Part shown: positions 49,319-59,085 of the stretch, piece after piece
How the letters are laid out: the number at the start of each line of letters is the position of its first letter
Position numbering within the stretch: position 1 is the stretch's first letter
Source of the DNA: Candidatus Moraniibacteriota bacterium
GTDB taxonomy: Bacteria > Patescibacteriota > Minisyncoccia > Moranbacterales > UBA9337
NCBI GenBank assembly: GCA_026985555.1
Contig: JALSQF010000007.1
Location: 1,099 to 65,098, forward strand
DNA: 64,000 nucleotides
Direction of reading: 5' to 3'
Notes under the pieces: model-generated
Seen by the model: only the letters and a program-made list of their open reading frames with translations
Told to the model about the DNA's origin: nothing
Databases searched by the model: none
Translations under genes and position numbers: made by a program

Positions 49319-50338
49319 ATGTCTGAAAAAAGAAGCATAGATATTTCTACAAAAATTATTCTTAAAATAGTAATTGTCTTTTTAGGATTATGGTTTTTGT
49401 TTTTAATTCGTGATATTTTAGTGTTGCTAATTATAGCTTTAATATTAACAGCGGCTTTAGAACCTTTAATAAATTGGTTAGAAAAGAAAAAAATACCTCG
49501 TTCTTTAAGTATAATGTTAGTTTATTTCTTTCTTTTTTTAACAATAGGAGGAATGTTTTCTTTTTTGATTCCAGCTGTTATTTATCAGTTTAAAGAATTA
49601 ATGCAAAAATTTCCTCAGTATCTTAATAGTTTTAGTGAGCAATTTTATATTTTTAAAAATTATTTACACGATCAAGGCGTTAATTTAGAAATAGAACAAT
49701 TAGTTAATCAAGCGGGAAATGGATTAACCTATTCTTCTAAAAGTATTTTTTCCACTACCTTAGGAGTTTTTTCTGGTTTTATTTCTACGATAGCTATTTT
49801 TTCTTTGACTTTTTATATGTTAGTTAGAAAAGATGGAATAGAAGAGTTTTTACAAGTGATCATTCCTAAAAATTATATTTCTAGAGTAATTGAAATAACA
49901 CATAAAATAAAACATAAATTAAGTTGGTGGATGTTAGGACAATTATCTATAATGTTTATTATTTTTCTTTTAGATTTTACGGTATTGTATTTATTAAATA
50001 TTCCTTATGCTTTAACTTTAGCTGTTATAGGAGGAACATTAGAGTTGATTCCTTATGCTGGACCTATTTTATCTACAATCATTGCTTCAATAGTCGGTTT
50101 TTTTGTTTCTCCTATAATAGGATTTTTTGTTTTAGGGAGTTATATTATTATTCAACAAATAGAAAATCATATTATTTTACCTCAAATAATGAAAAAGGCA
50201 GTGGGGCTTAATCCAGCTATTGTTATTTTAGTTATTTTAATTGGAGCTAAATTAGCCGGGATTATGGGAGCTATTTTAGCTGTTCCTTTAGCCACTGCTT
50301 TAGGTGTAGTTATTAAAGAAATTCTAAGAGATAAATAA
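49319..50338 (+). CDS. AI-2E family transporter (UPF0118 / PerM-like)
   Basis: 339 aa with about eight TM helices. The conserved ELIPYAGPIL and C-terminal GILAVPL segments are typical of the AI-2E family. Confidence 0.65.
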   Translation: MSEKRSIDISTKIILKIVIVFLGLWFLFLIRDILVLLIIALILTAALEPLINWLEKKKIPRSLSIMLVYFFLFLTIGGMFSFLIPAVIYQFKELMQKFPQYLNSFSEQFYIFKNYLHDQGVNLEIEQLVNQAGNGLTYSSKSIFSTTLGVFSGFISTIAIFSLTFYMLVRKDGIEEFLQVIIPKNYISRVIEITHKIKHKLSWWMLGQLSIMFIIFLLDFTVLYLLNIPYALTLAVIGGTLELIPYAGPILSTIIASIVGFFVSPIIGFFVLGSYIIIQQIENHIILPQIMKKAVGLNPAIVILVILIGAKLAGIMGAILAVPLATALGVVIKEILRDK

Positions 50339-51304
50339 ATGGTTTCTAAAAATCAATTAGTTAAAAATATTTGGACAACAATTTGTTTTTATGATGCTCT
50401 GAATTATCCTCTAACTAGCTTTGAAATTTGGAAATTATTGATTAATGAAAAATCTCTTTCTTCTTCTAAAAAGTTTAATGTTAAAGAGAATCAATTTTCC
50501 TTAGATGAAATTGAAGATGCACTTTTGGAAAATAGCTTTTTGAAATCAAAAATTAAATCTCAAAAAGGATTTTATTTTTTAAAAGGGCGAGAATACTTAA
50601 TATGGCAACGTCTTCAAAAAGAAAAAATTTCTGGGCAAAAAATAAAAAGATTAAAAAGGATAATAAAATTTCTGCGTTGGATTCCTTTTTTAAGAGCAAT
50701 TTTAATAACAGGAAGATTAGCCTCTAAAACTGCTGATGAAAAAAGCGATTGGGATATTTTAGTAATAACTCAAGCGGGCAGAATTTGGACAGCGAGAACC
50801 GGGATAACTTTAATAACAGAATTAATTGGAAAAAGAAGAAAAGGTAAAAAAATAAAAGACAGAATTTGTTTGAATTATTTTATTACTGAACGAAGTCTTA
50901 CTATAAGCGTGCAGGATTTGTTTGCCTCTCATGAATATTTTTTTGCTATTCCTTTATTTGATACGGGTGATGTCTTTTTTCGTTTTAGAAAAAACAATAT
51001 TTGGATTAAAAAAATACGGCCTCATTATTTTTTAGAAAATAATTCTTCTTTTTGTTTAAAAGATGATTATTTGAGTAAATTTTTAAGAAATAAACTAGAA
51101 TTTTTAATTAATTTTCTTCAAGGAGATAAAATTGAAAAATGGTTATCTCAATGGCAAACAAAAAAAATTAAGAAAAATCCGCTTACTCATTTAAAAGGTA
51201 GTTTAATAAGAGCTTCTTCTAGTGAATTAGTTTTTCTTCCTCGTCCTGCTGGACCGCGGATTTTTGAAAAATTTAAAAAAATTAAAAAAGAAGCATTTTT
51301 TTAA
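50339..51304 (+). CDS. Hypothetical protein
   Basis: 321 aa. Start codon abuts the previous gene's stop. No confident motif. A weak nucleotidyltransferase-like DWDILV segment. Confidence 0.3.
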   Translation: MVSKNQLVKNIWTTICFYDALNYPLTSFEIWKLLINEKSLSSSKKFNVKENQFSLDEIEDALLENSFLKSKIKSQKGFYFLKGREYLIWQRLQKEKISGQKIKRLKRIIKFLRWIPFLRAILITGRLASKTADEKSDWDILVITQAGRIWTARTGITLITELIGKRRKGKKIKDRICLNYFITERSLTISVQDLFASHEYFFAIPLFDTGDVFFRFRKNNIWIKKIRPHYFLENNSSFCLKDDYLSKFLRNKLEFLINFLQGDKIEKWLSQWQTKKIKKNPLTHLKGSLIRASSSELVFLPRPAGPRIFEKFKKIKKEAFF

Positions 51305-51324
51305 AAACTAACTTAATAAAAAAA

Positions 51325-51346
51325 CGATTTTAAAATCGCTTTTTTA
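51325..51346. terminator. Weak bidirectional terminator-like palindrome between convergent genes
   Basis: CGATTTTAAAATCG palindrome flanked by an A-run and a T-run. Confidence 0.3.
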
Positions 51347-51372
51347 ATTTATTTTTTAGCAAAAGAAGAATA

Positions 51373-51549
51373 TTAAACAGTAACTTTATTTAAAGTTTTA
51401 ATGCAACGAGAGCAAATTCTCATTTTTTTACCCTCAATAGTTTTAGTTTGTAAGTTTATTTTAAATTTTCTTTTTGTGGCAATGTTAGAATGACTGCGAG
51501 AATGGCCAGATTGAGTTCCACGTCCACAAATTTCACAAGTTCTACTCAT
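51373..51549 (-). CDS. rpmB: 50S ribosomal protein L28 (not in the ORF track, 58 aa)
   Basis: Minus-strand translation [58 protein letters not shown]. The M-S-R-x-C-E-I-C-G-K/R opening and SHS...TKR are the L28 signature. Confidence 0.75.
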   Translation of the reverse strand: MSRTCEICGRGTQSGHSRSHSNIATKRKFKINLQTKTIEGKKMRICSRCIKTLNKVTV

Positions 51550-51623
51550 AAAATAAATTTTAATATTGCTTAATCATAATTTTTAGGTTAGCATAAGAAA
51601 TATAATTTGTAAAGTGTAAATCA

Positions 51624-52325
51624 ATGGCTGAAACAATTTTAATTTTATTTCAAGTGATTGTTTTAATTATGTCAGTAGTTATTCATGAGGTATCTCATGG
51701 TTTAGCAGCTTTGTATTTAGGTGATTCTACAGCGCAACGCGCTGGTAGACTAACACTTAATCCATTGAAACACCTGGATCTCTGGGGTTCTATCATTGTT
51801 CCTCTTTTAATGATTGTTACTTTAGGAATTGGTTTTGGTTGGGCAAAACCTGTTCCGTATAATCCTTATAATTTAAAGGATCAAAAAAATGGTCCAGCGC
51901 TAGTGGCTTTAGCTGGTCCACTGGCTAATTTAATAGTAGCTTTAGTTTTTGGTTTAGCAGCAAGATTTATTCATCTTAATTATTTAGCGCAGCAGGATAT
52001 TATAAAGGAATTTCTAGCTAGTAATTATGAAAATCTTAGTTTAAGTATCTCAGGATCTTTTCTGGCTATTTTTTATTTATTATTTATTATGATAGTGGTA
52101 ATCAACGTTTTGTTAGCTTTTTTTAATTTAATTCCTATTCCTCCTTTAGATGGTTCTAAAATTTTATTTGCTATAATTCCCTTAAAGATGGAAACTAAAA
52201 TTGTTTTAGAGCAATTTGGTTTTATGCTATTGTTAATTTTTATTTTCTTTTTTTCTCCTTTGCTAAGTTATTTTTTACAGGGAAGCTTAAGGCTATTCTT
52301 TCATTATGTAGTAGGAATTGGATGA
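51624..52325 (+). CDS. Site-2 protease family (peptidase M50-like) membrane metalloprotease
   Basis: HEVSHGLAA is the HExxH motif inside a TM helix. It is polytopic, with a downstream NLIPIPPLDGS motif (LDG) typical of S2P/SpoIVFB-like proteases. Confidence 0.7.
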   Translation: MAETILILFQVIVLIMSVVIHEVSHGLAALYLGDSTAQRAGRLTLNPLKHLDLWGSIIVPLLMIVTLGIGFGWAKPVPYNPYNLKDQKNGPALVALAGPLANLIVALVFGLAARFIHLNYLAQQDIIKEFLASNYENLSLSISGSFLAIFYLLFIMIVVINVLLAFFNLIPIPPLDGSKILFAIIPLKMETKIVLEQFGFMLLLIFIFFFSPLLSYFLQGSLRLFFHYVVGIG

Positions 52326-52334
52326 TTTAAGTTT

Positions 52335-52871
52335 ATGAAAAATGTTTTACCTTTAAATTTTTATGAAAAACATCCTCAAGAAGTAGCTCAAGCATTGATA
52401 GGAAATTATCTGGTTAGAGAATTTAGAGGGAAAATTATTAAAGGGATAATTACAGAAACAGAGGCTTATTATAATGAAACTGATTTAGCTTCTCATGCGC
52501 GCTTTGGAAAAACTAAACGTAATTATCCGATGTTTGGTCCAGCAGGAAAAGTTTATGTTTATTTAATTTATGGAATGTATTATTGTTTTAATGTGGTTAC
52601 AGAAAAAAAGAATCAACCAAGCGCTGTTTTGATTAGGGCTGTAAAAATTAAAGATGTAGATTATCAGAAAACTAACGGACCAGGGAAATTAACTCGCCAG
52701 TTAAGAATTTCTAAAAGTTTAAATTATTGGAATTTAACCAAAGGGAAAAAAATTTGGATTGAAAAAGGTAAAAAAATTTCTCTAAATAAAATTGAACAAA
52801 CTCCTAGAATTGGAGTAGAATATGCGCAACAATCAAGCCAATGGTTATGGAGATTTGTGTTAAAATTTTAG
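52335..52871 (+). CDS. DNA-3-methyladenine glycosylase (Mpg/AAG family)
   Basis: LPLNFYEKHPQEVAQALIG...ITETEAYY...GPAGKVYVYLIYGMYYCFNVV matches the Mpg family. Confidence 0.8.
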   Translation: MKNVLPLNFYEKHPQEVAQALIGNYLVREFRGKIIKGIITETEAYYNETDLASHARFGKTKRNYPMFGPAGKVYVYLIYGMYYCFNVVTEKKNQPSAVLIRAVKIKDVDYQKTNGPGKLTRQLRISKSLNYWNLTKGKKIWIEKGKKISLNKIEQTPRIGVEYAQQSSQWLWRFVLKF

Positions 52872-52891
52872 TATTTTATAAATTATAATTT

Positions 52892-53920
52892 ATGCTTTAT
52901 TTAATATCATTTTTTGCTTCTTTTCTTACCGCTTTTTTGGCATTATTTTTATTAGTTAAAATAACTTCTTATTTTAAAATTAAAAGCAGAAAAAACAAAA
53001 GACACATTCATGCTATTCAAGTTTCTCGCTTAGGAGGAGTGGCAATTATTTTAGCTTTTGTAATAGGAATATTAGTTAATCCTTATCTTGTTTTAGAGAA
53101 TCAACATTTAGCTATTATCTTATCTAGTGGAATAATTTTAATAATTGGATTAGCAGATGATTTTTGGAAATTAGATTGGAAAACTCAACTTTTTTTTCAG
53201 GTAGCCATAGCTATTTTAATTTTTATTTTAGGCATTCAAATAGAATATATTACTAATCCTTGGGGTGGAATGTTTTTTTTAAAAACAGGACGTTGGCTTT
53301 TACCTAGTTTGTTGTTAGGTATTATTTGGATTGTAACTTTAATGAACGCTATGAATTGGTTAGACGGATTAGATGGTTTAGCAGGAGGAATAATCTTAAT
53401 TGGAAGTTTTATTATTTTTGCCTTAAGTTTAAAACCAGAAGTTGATCAACCGCCTTTAGCTATTATAGCCGTTAGCTTAATGGGCGCTATTTTAGCTTTT
53501 CTTTTTTTTAATTTTTATCCAGCTAAAATTATGGCTGGAACAAGCGGTTCTATGTTTATGGGATTTATTCTAGCAGTATTAGCTATTTTTGCGGGAGCTA
53601 AAATAGCTACTACTTTATTAGTTTTAATTCTTCCTTTACTAGATGCTTTTTGGGTTTTATTAGAACGTTTTTATAGGGGTACATCTTTAGTTAATCCAGA
53701 CCAGAGGCATTTACATTATAAACTTTTAAAGTTAGGTTATTCTCCACGTCAAATTGCTTTTTTCTTTTATGGTTTAACTATATTAATGGGTTGGTCAGCT
53801 TTACAATTATCAACAAGAGAAAAATTGAAAATTCTTTTAGGCGTAGCTTTTATTTTAGTAATGACTATTATTATTGTTACTAATCTACTAGAAAAAAAGT
53901 CAAAGAAAAATAATTTTTAA
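52892..53920 (+). CDS. Polyprenyl-phosphate N-acetylhexosamine-1-phosphate transferase (WecA/TagO, MraY superfamily)
   Basis: About 10 TM helices. The conserved NAMNWLDGLDGLAGG cytoplasmic loop of the MraY/WecA family is present. The 342-aa size fits WecA/TagO rather than MraY. Confidence 0.75.
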   Translation: MLYLISFFASFLTAFLALFLLVKITSYFKIKSRKNKRHIHAIQVSRLGGVAIILAFVIGILVNPYLVLENQHLAIILSSGIILIIGLADDFWKLDWKTQLFFQVAIAILIFILGIQIEYITNPWGGMFFLKTGRWLLPSLLLGIIWIVTLMNAMNWLDGLDGLAGGIILIGSFIIFALSLKPEVDQPPLAIIAVSLMGAILAFLFFNFYPAKIMAGTSGSMFMGFILAVLAIFAGAKIATTLLVLILPLLDAFWVLLERFYRGTSLVNPDQRHLHYKLLKLGYSPRQIAFFFYGLTILMGWSALQLSTREKLKILLGVAFILVMTIIIVTNLLEKKSKKNNF

Positions 53921-53937
53921 AATAAGAAAAAAATTTT

Positions 53938-54816
53938 ATGTGGAGATGGAGAAAAATAGTTTATAGTGTTTTATTAATTATTTTTGTATTAGATGTTGTT
54001 TTAGCTTTAATAATTAGAAGCAGTTTTTTTTCTCAAAAATTTCAAATAATATTTTTTAACATAGGACAAGGAGACGCTATTCTAGTTCAACAAGGAAAAA
54101 ATCAAGTTTTAATTGATGGAGGAAGATCGGAAAAAAAACTTTTAGAAAAGTTAGGAAAATATGTGCCTTTTTGGGACAGAGAGATAGAAGTGATAGAAGC
54201 TACTCATCCTGATAGTGATCACATTACAGGATTAATTGGAGCTTTAAAAAATTATAAGGTTGATTATATTTTAAAAACCAGAAATCAGAGCCAAACAAAG
54301 ACTTTTCAGGCTTTTCAGCAAGCTATCAAGGAAGAAGTAAGAAATGGCGGAAAAATTTTAGAAGCTTCTCAAGGACTGAAAATTAAGTTTCCGCAAGGAG
54401 GAGAAGCTAAAATAATATATCCTTTTAACCCACTTCAAAATAATTCTTTTAACAAAAATGAAAACAGTATAGTTACTCAAATTCTTTATAAAAAAAATTC
54501 TTTTTTACTAATGGGAGATCTTCCTAGTCAACAAGAAAGAGAATTAATTAAACATCATTTATCTCTTCAGTCGCAAGTTTTAAAAATAGGGCATCATGGC
54601 TCTCGTTCGTCTAGTTGTAATGAATTTTTAACTTATGTACATCCTCAAGTGGCTATTATTTCAGTGGGAAAAAATAGTTATGGGCATCCCCATAAAGAGG
54701 TTTTAAAGCGATTAGTTCAACATCAGATTAAATTTTGGCGGACGGATAAAGTAGGAGATATAGAATATCTTTGCAACAAGGATGAGTGTCATTTGGTTTT
54801 ATCTCAAGAGAAATAA
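53938..54816 (+). CDS. Stand-alone ComEC/Rec2-type metallo-beta-lactamase domain protein with an N-terminal TM anchor
   Basis: FFNIGQGDAILVQ...IDGG, THPDSDHITGL (HxHxDH) and KIGHHGSRSSS motifs of the ComEC C-terminal MBL domain. It lacks the competence-channel domains. Confidence 0.65.
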   Translation: MWRWRKIVYSVLLIIFVLDVVLALIIRSSFFSQKFQIIFFNIGQGDAILVQQGKNQVLIDGGRSEKKLLEKLGKYVPFWDREIEVIEATHPDSDHITGLIGALKNYKVDYILKTRNQSQTKTFQAFQQAIKEEVRNGGKILEASQGLKIKFPQGGEAKIIYPFNPLQNNSFNKNENSIVTQILYKKNSFLLMGDLPSQQERELIKHHLSLQSQVLKIGHHGSRSSSCNEFLTYVHPQVAIISVGKNSYGHPHKEVLKRLVQHQIKFWRTDKVGDIEYLCNKDECHLVLSQEK

Positions 54817-54825
54817 ACAATTAGT

Positions 54826-54875
54826 TTTCTGGCTATTTAAATATCCATTTAAATGGATATTTAAATAGCCAGAAA
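54826..54875. repeat. Perfect 50-bp palindrome, the extended copy 3 of the repeat family (contains both the ATCC and GGAT units)
   Basis: TTTCTGGCTATTTAAAT-ATCC-ATTTAAAT-GGAT-ATTTAAATAGCCAGAAA. Its 3' flank (GAAATTTTA) is shared with copy 2. Confidence 0.8.
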
Positions 54876-55124
54876 GAAATTTTACCTAAATTGGCTTAAA
54901 AAATAACTTAACTTTTTAAGGTTTACTTTTAAAAAATCAGAAGAAAAAATTTTTTAAATTCAATTTTTGGAAAATCTAGAATTTGAGTTTAAGAGGATAA
55001 GTTAAAAAGTTTGCTAAAAATATCTATTAAGTAGTATTAATAATATATTGACAAATTATTTTAAATATGTTATTTCTAGACAACTAGTTATTTAACAAAA
55101 AAAGAAATCAAGGAGGATTAAAAA

Positions 55125-55643
55125 ATGAAAAAGTTTATTATTGTTGTGTTGGTGGTTTTGTGTTTTGTTGAGATTTCTTACGGATATAGAGTTTCAATAA
55201 ATGAGGATATTGAGGGCAGGGGATTTTCTTCAATAGAAGTTAAATTTCCGTTTTTTGACAAGAAATCTAAATGTTATTATCAAGAAAACTTCTATCCAGG
55301 TAAAAATGGTAATGTTGTTTTTCTATGTACCGATCCTGGAGATGGTAAAATAATTTATGCCAGAAGACGTTTTTCTATAACTGACCCGCCGGTTTGTATT
55401 ATAACAGAATACAAACCTCCAGCCATTTGGGAATGGGGAAGTTTAGGATGTACTAGTGAGATAACAATGATTAAAAAAATATATTTTAAATGGGGGAATA
55501 AAACAGTAGTAAGCATTCCTCCTTATCAGTTTCCTGAAAAAGGTATTACTGATAAACAGGTTGCTTCTGTGCAGTTGTTTATGAAATTTTTTGAAGATGT
55601 TTTTCAAAAAAAAGTAAAAAAGAAAATAAAATATCACTGGTGA
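55125..55643 (+). CDS. Small secreted Cys-containing protein
   Basis: AGGAGG Shine-Dalgarno 8 nt upstream and a signal peptide (MKKFIIVVLVVLCFVEISYG). 172 aa with 6 Cys. A strong terminator follows. Confidence 0.4.
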   Translation: MKKFIIVVLVVLCFVEISYGYRVSINEDIEGRGFSSIEVKFPFFDKKSKCYYQENFYPGKNGNVVFLCTDPGDGKIIYARRRFSITDPPVCIITEYKPPAIWEWGSLGCTSEITMIKKIYFKWGNKTVVSIPPYQFPEKGITDKQVASVQLFMKFFEDVFQKKVKKKIKYHW

Positions 55644-55667
55644 TATTTTATTTTCTTTTAAAATGAG

Positions 55668-55700
55668 AACCTTGCTATTAAGCAAGGTTTTTTATTTTTA
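55668..55700 (+). terminator. Rho-independent terminator
   Basis: 9-bp stem AACCTTGCT/AGCAAGGTT, loop ATTA, then TTTTTTATTTTTATTT. Confidence 0.7.
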
Positions 55701-55813
55701 TTTACTTTTTTGGAAAGTTTCTTTGAAATATAGTTGTTACTTCTTTGAAAATATGTTATATTAAAAATGAAATTTTTTATATTTTTTAAATAATCATTTT
55801 AAAAAAGGATTTA

Positions 55814-57793
55814 ATGATTTTCAGTCAGAAAACAAAAAGAAAAAAAAAGAATAAACTTAAAATTTTATTTTTAGCAGTTTTGATAATTTTTATTTTTTCA
55901 GGAAGTAATTTAAAGGTGTGTTTAGCAGAAAGAACATGGCAGCCGTCTGATGCATTTGGTATTCAAAAAAGTGGTTGGTTATATTATTTAGGTGGGTGGG
56001 GATTAACAGATTATGTATATGATTTTTTTACTGGACATATTAAAAATAACTGGAGATCAATGGGTCAAGTAATAAAGGATACAGCTACAGATGGTTTTCT
56101 TTGGGTTTTTAATTGGATATTATTTGCAGTTTGGTGGGTTTTAGCTTGGTTTATTGGAATAGCAGGGTTACTTTTTGATTGGGCAATAGATGCTAATAAT
56201 TTAAAAGCAATTATTCATAATGAAGGGATTTATGATGCCTGGAAGATTGTGAGAGATTTTCTTAATTTAGGATTTATTTTAGTTTTACTTTTCAGTGCTT
56301 TTTCTACGGTATTTCAAATTGAAAAATATCATTTAAAAAAAATTCTTTTGATGTTAGTTTTGATGGCGCTTTTAGTTAATTTTAGTTTTCCTATTTCACG
56401 TTTCATTATTGATTCTTCTAATATGACGATGTATTATTTATTAAATCAACGTTTCAGTGACGAATCTAGGAGCGATAGCATTAGCTCTAAAATAATGTAT
56501 TATTCTAACATAACCAGACAGTTTGTTCCTAATATAAGTAAAACAAATGCAAATTATACAAAGCAAATTTTAATTGTAATCATTTTTACTTTCATTTTAA
56601 TGATAACCTTGGCATCTCTAGCAGCTATTATGGTTGTGCGTATTTTTGCTTTGGCTTTGCTAATTATTTTTTCTTCGGTTGGTTTTGTAGCTGCTATTTT
56701 GCCTAGCGCAGAATCTTTTTCTAGTAAATGGTGGGATAATTTATTTAAATATTCTTTTGTGGGACCAACAATGATATTTATGTTAATTATATCTTTTCGG
56801 ATGATGGATAGCTTAGGTGGGAGCGAATTAGGAAGCGCCATAAATCAATTAAAAACTTTAGCTTCTGATTATGATCCTGTTAGCGGAGAAATAGCAAAAC
56901 AAAGCATAGCTGACGCGGCTTATTTTTTTCTTCCGATAGTTTTACTCTGGGCTTCTATTTTGGTGGCGCAATCCATGGGTGTTTATGGAGCTAGCGCAGT
57001 GGTTAATACAGCAGGTAGAGTTAAAAGTTGGGGAGCAAAATATTTAACAGGTTATAGTTTAGCTAAGTGGGGTGTAAAAACTTTGCCCAAAAAAGCAGTT
57101 CAATCAACCGGTGTTCCTGGTGGCGTGAAACAAAGATGGCTTAGTTTTAAAGACAGGTTAGAGTCTAAACAAAAAAGTAGAGAAGCTCGTGTGGCAGCTC
57201 GTTTAGGAGATAAAACAGCTAAAAGAAAAGATATGTTAAGAAGAGCGGATGAATATGAAAAAGAACATATTATAGATGATGAATTAAAAAATAGAGCTAA
57301 GAAAGGAGATAATGCAGCTGCTTATGCTTTGGCTAATAGAGGGAAAATGGATAGAGAGACCTATTTGAGTGTGCAGGATAAAATAAAAGATAAAGAAGTT
57401 CTGGATATAATTAATGGCAAAGTTAAAGAAAAGAGAATTGATTTAGTGGTTGATTATAAAGTTAATAATCCTATAGAATTAAGTAAAGCAAGAAATCAAT
57501 TAGCTCAAATTCAGGGTGTAGAACCAGGATCAATTAATGATGAAGATGTAAAAGAATATATTGTTCGTGAAGAAATAGGAAATTTATCGCCAGAACAATT
57601 TGCAGGACAAAACTGGAAGGGTATAAATACTGATATTAGTAGGAGAGGAAATGAAAAATTAGCTGATACAATTAAAGAAGTAACGGAAAAAACTTTTGAT
57701 GAAATGTCAGAAGATGCTAAAAAAAGAATACGTTCTAATGTAAGTGCTAATCAAGCTAAAGTTCTTAGAAAAGAATTTGCGGTAATTGTTTAA
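55814..57793 (+). CDS. VirB6/TrbL-like polytopic membrane protein (T4SS channel candidate)
   Basis: Signal/anchor, then about six TM helices rich in Trp/Phe, then a 250-aa charged cytoplasmic tail. Assigned by topology plus its position in the cluster with VirB3-like and VirB4 genes. Confidence 0.35.
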   Translation: MIFSQKTKRKKKNKLKILFLAVLIIFIFSGSNLKVCLAERTWQPSDAFGIQKSGWLYYLGGWGLTDYVYDFFTGHIKNNWRSMGQVIKDTATDGFLWVFNWILFAVWWVLAWFIGIAGLLFDWAIDANNLKAIIHNEGIYDAWKIVRDFLNLGFILVLLFSAFSTVFQIEKYHLKKILLMLVLMALLVNFSFPISRFIIDSSNMTMYYLLNQRFSDESRSDSISSKIMYYSNITRQFVPNISKTNANYTKQILIVIIFTFILMITLASLAAIMVVRIFALALLIIFSSVGFVAAILPSAESFSSKWWDNLFKYSFVGPTMIFMLIISFRMMDSLGGSELGSAINQLKTLASDYDPVSGEIAKQSIADAAYFFLPIVLLWASILVAQSMGVYGASAVVNTAGRVKSWGAKYLTGYSLAKWGVKTLPKKAVQSTGVPGGVKQRWLSFKDRLESKQKSREARVAARLGDKTAKRKDMLRRADEYEKEHIIDDELKNRAKKGDNAAAYALANRGKMDRETYLSVQDKIKDKEVLDIINGKVKEKRIDLVVDYKVNNPIELSKARNQLAQIQGVEPGSINDEDVKEYIVREEIGNLSPEQFAGQNWKGINTDISRRGNEKLADTIKEVTEKTFDEMSEDAKKRIRSNVSANQAKVLRKEFAVIV

Positions 57794-57801
57794 TTTGTCA
57801 T

Positions 57802-59079
57802 ATGCAAACTAAATTTAAATTTTCTCAACTGAATAAAAAAAAGCAAATAGAGTTGTGCACCCTGCCACAAAGTGTTTTTGTTACAGTTAATCCAGATGAT
57901 GAAACAGAGGAAGATATAGAAAATCGTCAAGAAAAATTTTTAGCTTTACCGACAGATATAAAGGAAAAATTAGTTTCTTATGAAACGGCTAAAATTATTC
58001 AAAAGATTGGTAAAAAATATAACTTAGAGCTATTGCAATTAGCCTCTCTAGCGCGTGCTATCAGAAGTTATTATTTTAAAGAATTAAAGCTAGATGATTT
58101 TCCGCGAATTTTTATTAGAGAGGCAAAAATTGATAGGGAAACAGCGCAAAATATTTCTCAAGAACTAATTAATAAAATTATAAACAATAACAATGTATCA
58201 AATAAAATAAAAGAAAATATAATTTTATTGCCGATACAACAGGCCTTAAATCAGTATGAAAGGTTAGGAGAGCAGACAATTACTAGTGAAAGAATAAAAA
58301 TTAAACCTTTATCGGAATCGGCCCGTCCATCTATAAAAAATTGGATTTATGATTATCATTATCATTTAGGAACAGGAAGCCATACCGTTATGGAAAGAGG
58401 AAACTATTTGTTTCATAGTGAAAATACAAAAAAATTAACCAATATGGAAAGAAAGAAATTAGCGCTTATTTTAAAATCATTGGATGAGCAAGATCCTTTA
58501 AAAATAGATAAAGAAAAAGAGGAAGTTATTTTTCCGGTAGAAAATAATATAGATTTAGTTGATCTTTATCCAAAACCGAAAAAAAAGATGCGACATATTA
58601 AACAGAAAATAGAAAATAATTTTCCTAATAATTTTTCTTCAAATAAAATTTCTAAAAATATTTCTAAAAATAAACAAAGAAAAGCTTCTTTTCAAAAGAA
58701 AAAGGTTAAATTAGCTAAAGAAACTATTTCTCATCCAGAACATTGGTTAGTAGGTCAAGATCATAAAACGATGTTTCAGTCTGTCTTTAATGAATTAAAG
58801 AACAAAGAAAAGGATCAAGCACAATTAAAAACAGAAATGAAAAATAAAGTTGATAAAACTAAACAATATAAAGAAAATAAGCAGTCTGATCAAAAAACAA
58901 TGAAAAAGGATTCAAAAAGTATTGATAATACTAAAAAAAATAAAGATGAATTTAATCAATTAAAGAAAGATACTAAAAACAACTATTTAAAATCAAGATT
59001 GTTTCGCATTCGTCCCAGTGGCGCGCAAAGAGAGATTTTAAAAAGCGCGCAAAATGTAATTAACTTAAAAGAAAAATAA
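57802..59079 (+). CDS. Hypothetical soluble protein in the T4SS-like cluster
   Basis: 425 aa, K/E/N-rich, no TM. Confidence 0.3.
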   Translation: MQTKFKFSQLNKKKQIELCTLPQSVFVTVNPDDETEEDIENRQEKFLALPTDIKEKLVSYETAKIIQKIGKKYNLELLQLASLARAIRSYYFKELKLDDFPRIFIREAKIDRETAQNISQELINKIINNNNVSNKIKENIILLPIQQALNQYERLGEQTITSERIKIKPLSESARPSIKNWIYDYHYHLGTGSHTVMERGNYLFHSENTKKLTNMERKKLALILKSLDEQDPLKIDKEKEEVIFPVENNIDLVDLYPKPKKKMRHIKQKIENNFPNNFSSNKISKNISKNKQRKASFQKKKVKLAKETISHPEHWLVGQDHKTMFQSVFNELKNKEKDQAQLKTEMKNKVDKTKQYKENKQSDQKTMKKDSKSIDNTKKNKDEFNQLKKDTKNNYLKSRLFRIRPSGAQREILKSAQNVINLKEK

Positions 59080-59085
59080 ACAACA

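Noticed and set aside
49924-50211. 95-aa plus-strand ORF inside the AI-2E transporter gene, in another frame
   Set aside because: Same-strand out-of-frame overlap with a conserved transporter. Cys/Tyr-rich nonsense.
55443-55685. 80-aa minus-strand ORF overlapping the secreted-protein gene and its terminator
   Set aside because: Runs through a strong intrinsic terminator hairpin and is antisense to a gene with a canonical Shine-Dalgarno and signal peptide.
56554-56841. 95-aa minus-strand ORF inside the VirB6-like gene
   Set aside because: Antisense shadow ORF.
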